From Heterodontus francisci (lineage: Eukaryota), in assembly GCF_036365525.1 (NCBI RefSeq), contig NC_090421.1, positions 1,747,982-1,811,981 on the forward strand: a stretch of 64,000 bases of DNA, read 5' to 3'. This document shows positions 52,531 to 64,000 of the stretch, piece by piece. The notes below the pieces were generated by a model that did not search any database, was not told the origin of the DNA, and saw only the letters and a program-made list of their open reading frames with translations. The position numbers and the translations under genes were made by a program. Within the stretch, counting starts at the first letter, position 1, and each line of letters opens with the position of its first letter.

Positions 52531-52774
52531 ATATACTGACAAAAGGAAATTACAAACTTTGTAGAGAAGAAAATGAACAGGCTGCAGTGTGAAACTCCAA
52601 TGTGCCACGGCCATAAGTGCAGAAATATCAGGTCACCCATCTCCTCTGTACGAGTAGTGCCAATGAACCAAGGAGTGAGCTACTGCATGTTTATCCAGCC
52701 AAGGATCACAAACAGAATAAAAATCTCCTGATGGCAATATCAGAAAATTCTAGAAAGTAACATAATAAATCTAC

Positions 52775-52821
52775 CTCTGTATCTTCAGCTAGAACATCCT
52801 CTTCATTTACTTCTTCCTCAG
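52775..52821 (-). CDS. SARNP: SARNP exon 3
   Basis: 47 nt, AG/GT; AEEEVNEEDVLAEDTE; phase consistent. Confidence 0.93.
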
Positions 52822-53239
52822 CTGCAGGAGAAAGAAGAGTGGATTGATATTGGACCTATTTTTTTCATAAATCAAAATATATTAATGCTTGAAGTTACAC
52901 CTGTGAATACTAAACTCATTACAAGACAGCATTCCAAAGATTAGCTAAAAGTGGGAATCAAACATTATGGAAGGGTGCAGCTCAAGCTGTTCCATCAACT
53001 GACCCCAACCAGACTACTACCTGCAATGACTCACAACAATTCCCCCTTTATCCAGTGATCAGCCAATTTATGATTTTGAATTCAGTGTAATGATTTGTAA
53101 CATAGAATCTCAATGACATGTTTTGCAAGTGTAACACATATTGGGCAACTGAAAAAAATTCCAATTCTTCATAAACTCCTAGATTAGTTTTATTTATTAA
53201 AAATCTGTGTGGGGGATTAAATAGCAGTCATAATTTTAC

Positions 53240-53339
53240 CATGTTCTTCCAGGTAAGCCTGCAGTCTCTGAATGAGATCCTGCTTGTTTCCTTTAGTATC
53301 CAGCTCTCTTGAAGCACATTCTTGTCTCAGTTCGGTCAA
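53240..53339 (-). CDS. SARNP: SARNP exon 2 (SAP domain)
   Basis: AG/GT bounded, 100 nt; LTELRQECASRELDTKGNKQDLIQRLQAYLEEH is a SAP motif. Confidence 0.95.
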
Positions 53340-54269
53340 CTAAAGCACGATGAAAACAGAAAGAGTTAGAACCATGGATGTTTACAGCATAGCAGGCCAT
53401 CATTCATTGGCTAGATCAATCCAAAACTAACTCTACTGCCCTGCTCTCATCCTACGACCTTGTTCACTCCCCAGAGCTCTGCCTCTTTCTCCGTTTAAAA
53501 TATTGGTCCAACTTTCCCTCACAAAATACAATGATCTCTGCCTTAACCACTCCCAAAGCTAGGCATTCCATGATCCAACTCTAAAGAAATTTCTAACTTC
53601 TCTCTTCACCCTAAATGAGGATTTTAAAACTGATGATCCACCACCAACTCCCAAACTATAGGTTAGTCTTTTCCTACTCATGCCACTGGAATCCTTCATT
53701 ATTTAAAAAACTTCTACTTAATCACCTCTTGACTTTGCGCCAGTCAAAATAATCTCTGTATTAATAAATTTCCCCATCTCCTGTATCAGAGTGAATCGAC
53801 ACCAACTCTATAGCTTTAATGTCCTTTTTATAATGGGGCACCCAAGGCTACACAGTACTTGAGCTGTGGATTAACTGGCTGGCACATGTTTCTCTTTGCT
53901 CTTGCACAATTCCCTTATTTACAAAATCAAAAGTGGTATTGGCTTTTAAAAAAAAATTGTTTTAACCAGATACACTATCACGTTCAGGGAATAATATCCT
54001 ATTTGAAATATCTGCAGCATAAAAAACAGCAACCCAAATTGAGACCAAATAACATGGCATAGAGCTGAAGGCGGTTTTCTAGTCTTAGGTGGCCTGTAAC
54101 TTCTCTGAGCGGTGCATTCAGCCACTGGGCCATTGTGAAAGCCATGTGTTTCTTTTCAATGCGGCACTCGGAACATTCCTTTCACCGTAATGTTGCTTAA
54201 AAAGATCGGGAAACTTTAGAACAGTAAAAAAAAGTCACCCCCACCCCCGCAGAGGGAGAGAAAGAAAAT

Positions 54270-54600
54270 TTAGCCTGCGGGTCCCCGGAGTAGAGTCTCA
54301 GGGGATTAGAATAGAGAAGCTGAAGCGTGGAGACTATTTTCTCAGAGGGTAGGAAGCGCGGGATAGTCACGAAATCTCACAGCCTTCACTTTAAACACAG
54401 CCACCGCTCCCCCGTCCCATCACCCAGACTTCAGCTCTACCTTCAATTTGCTGATGTCCACCGCCATCCGGTCCGCCATCTTGCCAGACTCTTCTCCTCC
54501 CACCGCCGCTCGCCGGTTGTCCAATAAACAGCCACTTTACTCACTATCCAACAGGCCGGTCCGCCATTGGCTCACATGACACAGCGGGCAGCTCAATCTA
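54270..54600 (-). promoter_or_regulatory. SARNP promoter / small CpG island
   Basis: Local CpG enrichment around exon 1; CCAAT on the - strand at 54566-54570 and on the + strand at 54521-54525; YY1-like AAGATGGCG over the start codon. Confidence 0.6.
54441..54479 (-). CDS. SARNP: SARNP (CIP29/THO1) coding exon 1, MADRMAVDISKLK
   Basis: AAGATGGCG start context; GT donor at 54440-54439; ends in KLK like human SARNP exon 1; GC/CpG-rich surroundings. Confidence 0.88.
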
Positions 54601-55004
54601 CTGTTGCTATAGAGATCTGAGGGGGAGGGGGAAAGAAATAAATTCAAAGGGTAAAGAAAATAGAGCAAAACCTATAACAATATTTCCCAATATTTAACAG
54701 CAAATAACAATAGAATTGAAATTTTAAAATTATACATAATTGTGGTGATATGACAACAATTTGCAGCTTTTTTAGGCTGCAGAAACATCAATTTAAAGAT
54801 TATTGTCCTTTCACCATGAAACAGTGCTAATCCTTGTATTTTATCATTCGCTTTGTTTATGGACGGACAATGTGATGATATAAGTCATGGGGAAACATAT
54901 CACTTACATGTGACTCTTGCTGGGATACGTGGCCACGGCCAAGTGGTAATTCTCCACTGGGGTGACCACCAGATCATCTGGTTTTGGGGATAGTCACCTG
55001 GTAA

Positions 55005-55778
55005 CGGAATGCCTCATCACCAGAACTTTCAAACAAGCACCAAGATGTAGCTTGGCTGGTGGTGAGAAGAGCCCTCCCCGTCAGATCCTTCCTGCATGCC
55101 CGAAGTCTCGCCCCCTCCACACAATGCCCCCGCGGTGGCTGTGGTGGGGAAGAGACGGTCGCCCACCTCCTCCTGGAATGTGACTTTGAAAAGCAGGTGT
55201 GGAAGGAGATGCAGTGGTTTTTGTCGAGGTTCATCCCAAGCAGCTCTGTAACACAGGAGTCTGTGCTCTACGGGCTGTTCCCAGGGACGCAGACCGAGAC
55301 AAACATCAACTGCTGCTGGAGGACTATCAATTCGGTCAAAGACGCCCTTTGGTCTGCTCGAAACTTGCTGGTCTTCCAGCGAAAAGAGTTGTCAACCACC
55401 GAATGTTGCAGACTGGCACATTCCAAGGTCCAGGACTACGTGCTGAGGGACGCACAAAAGCTTGGGGCAGCCGCAGCAAAGGCTCAATGGGGAAAGACCA
55501 CAGTGTAAGGTCCCCCCACCAAGCTGAACTGAGGGGCTGGATCCATGGGAAACCCCTCCAACTGTATCGGGAAAATTTCTGTCTCCTGTATAATGTAAAA
55601 ATGTATCTGGCAGGACAAATGTGAAATGGAAGGGTTGTGAGGCAACTCATAATTGTATAGAAGGAAACTGATCACCTTTGCACTGTTTGTATTTTTTGAC
55701 TTGATGCTGTTTTAAACTGTTTGGGGAATGTAATTTTTTACAGATTTTTATGAATAAAGTATATTTTGGAAAAAAAAA
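55005..55778 (+). mobile_element. Tx1/L1-clade LINE 3' fragment, copy 1
   Basis: zf-RVT-like CPRGGCGGEETVAHLLLEC; AATAAA and A-tail. Confidence 0.85.
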
Positions 55779-55786
55779 CCTGGTAA

Positions 55787-56242
55787 CTGCTGGAGGACCA
55801 TCAATTCGGTGAAAGACGCCCTTTGGTCTGCCCGAAACTTGCTGGTCTTCCAGCGCAAAGAGTTGTCCACGACCGAATGTTGCAGACTGGCACATTCCAA
55901 GGTCCAGGACTACGTGCTGAGGGACGCACTAAAGCTTGGGGCAGCCGCAGCAAAGGCTCAATGGGGAAAGACCACTGTGTAAGGTCTTCCCGCCATAGTG
56001 AACCAAGGGGCTGGATCCATGGGAAACCCCTCGAACTGTATTGGGAAAATTTTCATTTGCTGTAAAATGTACATGGCATAAGAAATGAAATGGAAGGGTT
56101 GTGAGGCAACTCACTCCTGTATTGAAGGAAACTGACCTCCTTTGCACTGTTTGTAATTTTTGACTTGGTGCTGTTTGGAACTGTTTTGTCATGTATTTTT
56201 TACAGATTTTTATGAATAAAGTATATTTTGGAAATAAAAAAA
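55787..56242 (+). mobile_element. Tx1/L1-clade LINE 3' fragment, copy 2
   Basis: Highly similar to 55313-55778; own AATAAA and A-tail. Confidence 0.85.
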
Positions 56243-57042
56243 AGTCACCTGGTAATTTTCAAGGATGAATGCAGAAGTTTTCTGCTTCTGCACTCACCAG
56301 CCCATGATTTTTTTTGTCCATTCATTTTAATGAGCAGAAACTTGTGGACAGGCAGGTACAGAAGCAGGAAAACCTTGGCACATAAGTTTATGCCTGTCAT
56401 GTTTTTATAAAGGTTGTGCATGTGTAGACCTGTCACAAGTTTAGACTTGCAAGTGAACCAGTTTTGTGAGAATACTCGGCTATATTTTTATCGAGGTCTG
56501 CACCAATCCACTTTTGGACTGGATAAAAGGTGGCTGCCCAATTCTTAATGCATGAGTGTTAGCAGGCGATTTGACTCTGGAGAGTATCACAGCTATGCTC
56601 AATCCAGTCCTTACCTACTATCCATACACATACTCTCCACCACAGTCCACTGGAGAGTGATCAGGAGGAGAAACTCTGGCTGATACTTTCCTCCATAGCT
56701 CACGGCTGGTGAAGCCAATTGTAAAATCCTCACCACCTCCCTAGTTGAGATAGCCAACTCACTATAGATCAAGGTCAATCCTGGGACAATCGTCTTAATG
56801 GCTCAGTACCTCACCAGGCGATGCATTTTCTCACAGTCACTGGGGAGCTACAGTGTGTTATGCATAAATTGTAGTGGCACCTGATTTAGCTAATCTTAGC
56901 CAATATCCCTGGGCTAGGGAGAGAGGAAATCAGACAGGGTCTGTCTCCTGATGTTACAACTCAAGACACCTATCTGCAGTTATAATTTCATCTCAGGATA
57001 CAAATAACATGATCTGAACCCCTCAACGAAATTACTACCCAA

Positions 57043-57445
57043 TGTCAGTCTTGACTCAGTAGGTAACACACTCACGTCTGTGTCAGGAACTTGTAGATTC
57101 AAGCCACGTTCCAGAAACTCAAATGCATGATCTAGGCTAGCACTTCTGTTCAGCACTGAGGGAGCACTGTACTGTCAGGCATGCTATCTTTCGATATCCC
57201 ATCTGCCCTCTCAGATGGGCATAAAAGATCCCATGGTACTATATGAAGAGCAGGGGAGATTCCCTGGTGTCCTGGTCAAGCATTTATCCCTCAACCAACT
57301 CCTGCTTGCTGTTTGTGGGACTTTGCGGTGTGCAATTTGGCTGCTGCATTTCCTACATTGCATCAGTGACTACACCTCAAATGCACCTCACTGGCTGTGA
57401 AGCGCTTTGGGACATTCTGAAAGACCCTATATAAATGCAAGCCTT
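57043..57445 (+). mobile_element. Deu-domain SINE (SacSINE1/AmnSINE-like)
   Basis: tRNA-like head; AAAAGATCCCATGG...CCTGGTGTCCTGG...TTTATCCCTCAACCAAC core; L2-type tail ...TATATAAATGCAAG. A 3' fragment also lies at ~2740-2900. Confidence 0.7.
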
Positions 57446-57639
57446 TATTTTGTTTTCATTTACCCATTTATCAGGTATATTTTTTTAAATATCTGGAATA
57501 GCAGTCAATAGGTTTCCTTCTAAGCTATTAATTAGTCCTAAAAGTTCTCTTTGTGCCAGAAGCACCCAGAAAACCTAATGAGTGACCATTAACCCTCTCT
57601 GAAAGATTCACTTCAGAAATAGGTTGACATCCTTCCATC

Positions 57640-59045
57640 TATGAAAGATGATGGACATGCAGCAAACAATCTATTTAGGTGGGGTGTCTTCTCTTGGTGC
57701 ACCTTTGCTGATGGCTGTGAAGGCTAATCCTTGAGAGGTAGGTTCTGCCCCAAGTGCTGCACGTGAAGCTGCCAAATGATGCTGTGAGTTGTTGTTTTTG
57801 ATGTTGGCACCTGTTGCCAAGCTGCTGTAGCAACTGGTCATCATGGTAGTGCACACCAGTCCACAGGATGTGTCGCCATTTCCCTCTTTCACCAGCTAGT
57901 GACTCCCATGTGCAATAGTCGACATTTAGGGCTTGCAAACATCCTTGAAGTGGAGCTTTGGGCGCCCCACTGGTCGTCTGGCCCTGGCTACTTCACCATA
58001 CAGAAGGTCCTTGGGTATGCGACTGTCTTCCATCCTGCGGACGTGCACAATCCACCAAAGCTTCCTCTGTTTGATTTGTGCCAACACACTTGGGAGCTCT
58101 GTCTTTGAGAGGACTGCCATATTTGTGATTTTGTCCTGCCAGGATATACCCATAATGCACCACAGACAGTGAAGATGGAAATTATTGAGCTTCTTTTCCT
58201 GGTAGCTGTTTGTTTCCCATGTTTCACAGCCATACAGCAAGGTGCTGAGAACACAGGCCTTATAAACCATCAGCTTGGTCCTAAGGGTCAGCTTGGTGTT
58301 ATGCCATGAGCGTTTCGCAAGTGGGCCAAAGGTGGTAGGTACTTTCCCAATGCATGTATCGAGCTGTGCGTTAAGGGACAGATTGTCCGTCACCGTGGAC
58401 CCAAGGTAGCAGAATTTGCTAACCACTTCCAGTGGGGTGTTATCTAGTGTGATCAGGGGCGGAGATGCAACACTTTGTCCCATGACCACGGTTTTCTTGA
58501 CACTTATAGTTGAGAACAAGTTACAGGCACGGGAGACACAGTCCATGAGTCTTTGTAACTGAGTTTCCGTATGAGCTACTAACGCCGCATCATCAGCGTA
58601 GAGGAGTTCGCTGAACAGGACACGATGTGTTTTTGTCTTCGCTTTCAGCCTGGTTAGATTGTAGAGCTTGGACTCCTTCCATATCTGCAGGGAAGGCGAA
58701 GGTCATGAGCATGGAGAAGAAGATTCCAAACAGAGTGGGGACTAGGACACAACCTTGTTTCACTCCATTCTTCACTCTGAAACTGTCAGAAGTGGAGCCA
58801 TCAAACTGTACAGTGCAGTGCATGTTGTCATGGAAGGAGCAGATGAGACTGAGGAGCTTCAGTTCACAGCCAATTTTTGCCAAAATCTTGTAGAGCCCTG
58901 CTCTGCTGACGGTGTCGAATGCCTTAGTGAGATCTACAAAAGAAAGATAAAGGTGTATACTCTGTTCCCTACACTTCTCTTGTAGCTGGCCTATGGAGAA
59001 GATCATATCCACAGTAGATCTGTCGGCACGGAAACCGCACTTCAC
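57640..59045 (-). mobile_element. Older RTE-clade LINE fragment
   Basis: GFR, DLTKAFD, GVKQGC, LYADD, LLYGCETW motifs across frameshifts. Confidence 0.85.
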
Positions 59046-59364
59046 AAATTATACAGTCCATTCTCTTTAGTAGCTGACGTGCTATTGGTTTTTACGGGAC
59101 AGCTACACATTTTCAGATTGAAGATATTATGAGGATTTTAAACAATGTTCTCCTTGTAAATGTAACCCCTCCCCATACCAGTACAAAAGTGCCTATAAGT
59201 TAGAATCAAATATCATCTGCAGTTGAAGTAAATGATGTTTGGAAGATTGCTACGTGGATGTCAGGAGCTAAAGGGGGTTTGGGTAACATTATAATGTGCA
59301 AGAGCAATAACTGTGTAATCTGAACTCCCCAACAACAACCATGATCAAGAATGTACTACATCAG

Positions 59365-59750
59365 GCTCACTGTGGCTCAGCTGGTAAATACACTGCCCAG
59401 TACAGTACTGAGCCATACAGACCAGGAAGGTCCAAGGTTTAGTTCACAGTCTGTGCTGATTTAGCAGCAATTTCAGCTACAAATAAGTTAATCATGCCTG
59501 AGTGGAAAAATCAGGTTCCACTATCCTGATTGCTGCTTGGTGAATACCTGGTGGAGAGAGCATATGTGGAGATGTCAGGAGAGGGCAGGATTGGTGGTGG
59601 CTGTAATATACTCCATGTTTGAATGGCCTGTCAACATCGAGGTTCACATGTGAGAAAGAGCCACTTGGGCAAGCACCAGGGAGTGGCTGATCTCCACGGA
59701 CCAATATCCCAGCAAGGAGTCAGTACCTTCAGGATAGGAGCAGGGGAACA
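59365..59750 (+). mobile_element. Old tRNA-derived SINE family (unnamed)
   Basis: TGGCTCAGCTGG head and CAGACCAGGAAGGTCC motif; related decayed copies at ~40-410(-), ~20400-20995(+), ~56520-56850(-). Confidence 0.5.
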
Positions 59751-59789
59751 AAACTGGAGAAAATGAATTCACCGTACACAGAATTGTGG

Positions 59790-60846
59790 TCACCAGCCCA
59801 CATCCCAGCACTCAGTGTGGCTCCCTTTCAAACAACTGTTTCCATCTTGTGATGGAAACCACAGCTGCCAAATGGAAACATATTAATTTTGTCATATGGA
59901 ACACTATTTTGAACCTTTACTGGATATTGAACATAACTTGTTTAAAAAGACCACTGAAAACATGGCTGCACATTTGCATTCTAAAAGACAGTTGAATAGA
60001 GAGACAATGGGAGTACTCCCTGATTCAATTAGCCAGATGGGTTTTGTCAATAGTGATAATCTAAAGACATTGAGAGTTTATGTCTGTGTAAGAGCCAGCA
60101 CTCCATTCCACCCCCACACCACCCCCCCCCCACCTCACTGAGTGTGTCTAGTAAGCTTTGAAGAATCAACAATCCTCACAGGCAATTCTGTGTCAAACAA
60201 AGAGCTAGTCACTTGACTACCCTGCTTACCAACCTGGGAATTGATTGAATTGTGCATCACAGTAACGTTTTGCGGCAAAATGCATTTTGAAGACCAAAGA
60301 GAAGCAAAGTCTCTCTCTCTCTCTCTCTCACACAAAGTTCCAGGGACCCACAGAAGTAAATTAAGTCTCAAGACAGAAGACCCCTGCAGCCTTCTGGTAC
60401 CAGTAAAACAAGTTTGAAAGTGTGCACTGGGCCCCAACGAGAAATGCAAGACTTAATTTCAATCAAGGACTTTACATCCAGACCAAAAACTGTAACTGAA
60501 TTCCATCTACTACTTTAAACCTTCCCCACTTTAATTCTTTCTCCTCCTCTGTATCTATTTGTGTGTGTGTTTATCGTGTATGAATGCTAGCATGGTTGCG
60601 TCATGTATTTTTAGTAGTTTTAACTGAGCTAGAGTGTTAAGGTTAATAAACTTACCCCTTTCTTGTTTAAATCTAAGAAAGTCTGTTTGATTGATTCCTT
60701 TACAATTACAATTAGAGAGCAGTGAGCAAGGATTCACTGAGGGAAAGCTAAAAACACTGTGTTTTAAAAAGTTAAACTCTGTTACGCCCAAACCAGGAAA
60801 AGGGCAAAAGGGGAGCCTGAGACCCCTTCCTCACTTGGTCGTAACA
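59790..60846 (+). mobile_element. Probable LTR remnant (Gypsy-like solo LTR); 5' boundary uncertain
   Basis: AATAAA at ~60645; ends ...CTTGGTCGTAACA, a typical LTR terminus. No matching 5' TGTTACGACC found. Confidence 0.4.
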
Positions 60847-61028
60847 ATCTACGGTCCCTGAGCCAATCCTTGTTCTCTTAATATCGGAGTTGTAAATTCC
60901 TGGAGATCTATTTGTTTGTCCATTTACAAAGTTTCACACTCAGCCTTTTGCTTTTGGCCTGTTTTTGAGCCTGAAATGGGCGCTAAGCTCAGAGCTTGCA
61001 CCCCAGCTAGGAGGCCCAAGGTCAGCTT

Positions 61029-61471
61029 GAAATTGGGCCTCAGACCTCATTAATATTAATTAGATGAGCTGCCAGCACCTGTCGTGCCTCCACAGGTAGC
61101 TCACCCATTTCAAGAAAATGAACATTGGGGTGCTTGCCTCGCCAGCAGCCTGATGGTAAGTCCTGGGGTGGGGCGGGTGCAGGAGAGCAGCAAATGCGAC
61201 ACTGTGGAGTCAGGGGAGTAGTTCTGCTCCTGCAGTTCTACTCTTCCTGGCCCTAAAGCAATTTTTCTTTGTTTTTACCACTTGGTGGCAGCCGCTGCTT
61301 AGGCCAGAGGGGGACTGAAATAGGTGTTAGGGCCCTGATTTAATATATATTGGGGACGCCTGTAAAATGGTCCAAACCAATGTCAGGTCAGATAGTTTTC
61401 AAGTGTCCTTTGGACAATGGCTCCCGTAATTGGCCCTCGTTGCATGCATTTTAGGCCCGAGGTCCAATTTC
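61029..61471. mobile_element. MITE-like element
   Basis: Imperfect 19-bp inverted repeats (16/19), GAAATTGGGCCTCAGACCT / AGGCCCGAGGTCCAATTTC. Confidence 0.45.
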
Positions 61472-62209
61472 TTCCCAGTCTGTATTGCTCAGTAACACCT
61501 GTGCAGCATAGTTAGCCACTAAATCCTGGGGAGAGTTAAATCCTTGCGAAATTTTTAAATTAAACTGGCCAATCAGATCAAAGACTACAGCAACTTGCAT
61601 GCGAACACAATGGCGAAATGTTATGTCAAAAAGTTGGGTTACGCATTCAGATCTGCTCAAAGAATCACTTGGGGAGTATCCTGTCCTGGCAGAACTCTGT
61701 AAGTCAGCACAAAGCAATACTGAATTTCAAGAGACACTGATGTGATTAGAACTATTTGCTTGTGTGGAGGGTAAACACTGACATGGATTGCTTCGGCCGA
61801 ATGCCCTGTTTCTGTGTTGTAACTTCTATGATCTTAACTTCAACCAGAAGATGCATGTTTTATCAATGAACCTGACAACAAGCCTTGTGAAATTACGATA
61901 TGCACCTCCGTCTGCTGGAAGAATGAGTGTTGTAGGATCAATCATGTTTGAATGCAATACGACTTCAGTGATAAGCACAGGTTAAAATTCAACATTCCCA
62001 CACAATGACTTCCTGATTTCAGACATCATTATGGGGAGATGGCAAACAGAGCTCTTGTTTGTTGTAACAGAAAAATTCCAGGTTCAGTGCTGAATTAGCT
62101 GATCTCAGCTGTGGCAATAGTAAGGGATGCTACAATTGCCCTCATTAAGTTTCCATTTTTTTATGGAGGGGCCTTGATGATGAGACAACTTCTTTAAGGG
62201 TCAAACTCG

Positions 62210-62670
62210 CACCCGTTCACCCAGTATCCCTGTGCTCGCTGACGTACATTGGCTCCTGGTCCAAATAATGCCTCAGTTTTAAAATTCTCATCCTTGTGTT
62301 CAAATCCCTCCACGGCTTCACCCTTCCTTATCTCTGTAATCTCCTCCAGCCCCACAACCCTCCTCCAAATCTATGCTCCTCTGACTCTGGTCTCTTTTGA
62401 ACCCCCATACTTACTTTGCCCCACCCACTGTCAGCCCTGCCTTCAACTGTGTAAGTCCTAAGCTCTGGAATTTCCTCCCTAAAACTCTCTGCCTCTCCTC
62501 CTTTAACATGTTCCTTAAAATCTACCTCTTTGATCAAACTTTTAGTCACCTGTCCTTACATCACCATCTTTGACTTGGTGCCAATTTTTGTTTGACGATG
62601 CTCCTGTTAAGCACCTTGGGATGTTTTATTACATTAAAAAGGGCTATATAAATACAAGTTGTTGTTGTTG
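62210..62670 (+). mobile_element. L2 LINE 3' remnant
   Basis: Degenerate L2 C-terminus and tail ...GCTATATAAATACAAGTTGTTGTTG. Confidence 0.65.
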
Positions 62671-63694
62671 AAAGTCAAATTAATATGATGTTGGGTAACA
62701 CAATGCACTTTATCACTGCAAGTTAATGATATTGGCAATAAAACAATGCACCAGGAGGTCAAAACTCACTGAGCAAGTTTCATCCATATACCAAAAATAT
62801 CCTTAGATTATGAGCAAGCCTAGGAATTGTGAAACTCAGAACAAATCCAATGGTTTTCTCGGCCTCAGAAGCTTGTCAGTCCAACTACTGGAGTCAAGAT
62901 AATCAGAGGGAGCAAAGAGAATATATTTAACCACTAGCATGCTATACATGTGTTTACTTTGGGGGATGTGCTTGTCTTTCCAAGTCACCAAGGAGTGTCC
63001 CAGGCATCTCTTTCTATTTTCATGCTGAAAAATTTGTCAATGATTGACATGGCCTTATCTTGTCACATGGCAATAATCTAAGAAATGGTCCAATTAAACT
63101 GAAAGATTTTAAAAATAAAACAACCTATGTCCGATTTCAATAGAACAAAAGGGAAACTTAGACCACAATGTTGTTGATTAGATACACTATTTCCTGCAGT
63201 GCCCACCAGTTGCAGAAGGGACTCCTGCCATTGACATCTTTATTATATTGCCTGAGACCCAACAGCCATATTTTCACAGGTCTCAAAAGGTGTTGCCAAG
63301 TCTCCAGCTAAAGCTAAAAGTGCAAAGCTGGATCTATTTCAGGAATGGGAATCAAGAGTCTCTGGCCTTTTGATAGACCAATACGAGTTACACTGAGTTG
63401 CTTTGGTGTCACCAAACAAAACACAGCACAAGTGATCACATGGTCCAATCAAACTAAAAGAAGCTCAATATAAGCATAGGGAAACTTCCCAACTAAATCT
63501 GAATGTTGTTCCCAGTGTCTATAGGAACATTTTATATCCTGCAGTGTCCTTTGATTGCAAAAGGCCTCAAGCATACTGGCAAACACTGCATGCTCCCTCT
63601 CCAAGAATCTGGGCATAGTAAGTACCATGGAAGACAGGCAGGCAGCCAGGACAAAGCCCTGGAGCCACAGCTGGAAATAAATGGGAGAACTCAG

Positions 63695-63870
63695 TATATT
63701 CAGTGGCTATGTCTGCACCCGGGTGTCCCTGGAGAGGAAGCATGTGGTGTTGGCGGCCTTCTGCTGCTAGAGGGACTGGAGTTCATTGCAGACAGACAAT
63801 AATGACTTAATAGGTTTCCTTTTGTTTTGCCTGTGATTTGAAGTTTATTGTTTGTGCCCCTTTAAAAAGT
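63695..63870 (+). mobile_element. Decayed Tx1-like LINE 3' end
   Basis: Remnant IFSGYVCTRVSLERKH resembles Tx1 ORF2 C-termini; T-rich UTR follows. Confidence 0.4.
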
Positions 63871-64000
63871 GACACTTTCTGTTAAGTGTGATCCTTGATT
63901 GACGTCTTGGCCATTGTAATTTTGTGCTGGCTGCACTTTTTAAACTCTCTAGCAGCAAATCGCTCCTATGTCTGTTTTCTTGAAATTCGTGTCCTTTTTT

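Noticed and set aside
63503-63802. Possible exon of a neighbouring gene
   Set aside because: No recognisable host protein; another frame resembles a decayed Tx1 C-terminus.

Overview
Vertebrate genomic DNA, almost certainly from a cartilaginous fish (shark), judged from HE1-like V-SINEs, a Deu-domain SINE and abundant CR1/L2 LINEs. Two genes lie tail to tail, as on human 12q13. GDF11 is on the + strand: coding exons 2 and 3 at 1205-1578 and 4210-4590, with exon 1 upstream of the window. SARNP/CIP29 is complete on the - strand: 11 coding exons from 54479 to 23326, 639 nt, 212 aa. The rest is intron or intergenic DNA full of retroelements. Top observations: (1) a ~3.27-kb single-ORF APE-RT LINE with a tRNA-derived Pol III-type head, almost no sense-strand T-runs, and a matching SINE made of its head joined to its tail; (2) Penelope-derived short repeats carrying minimal hammerhead ribozyme motifs, one with an intact core in GDF11 intron 2; (3) two Tx1-clade LINE copies inserted one after the other at the same site upstream of SARNP; (4) a large inverted LINE pair bracketing two 26-nt SARNP micro-exons; (5) a CpG-rich hairpin minisatellite; (6) unusual substitutions in mature GDF11. 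Repeat family names come from motif recognition, not database searches, and repeat boundaries are approximate.
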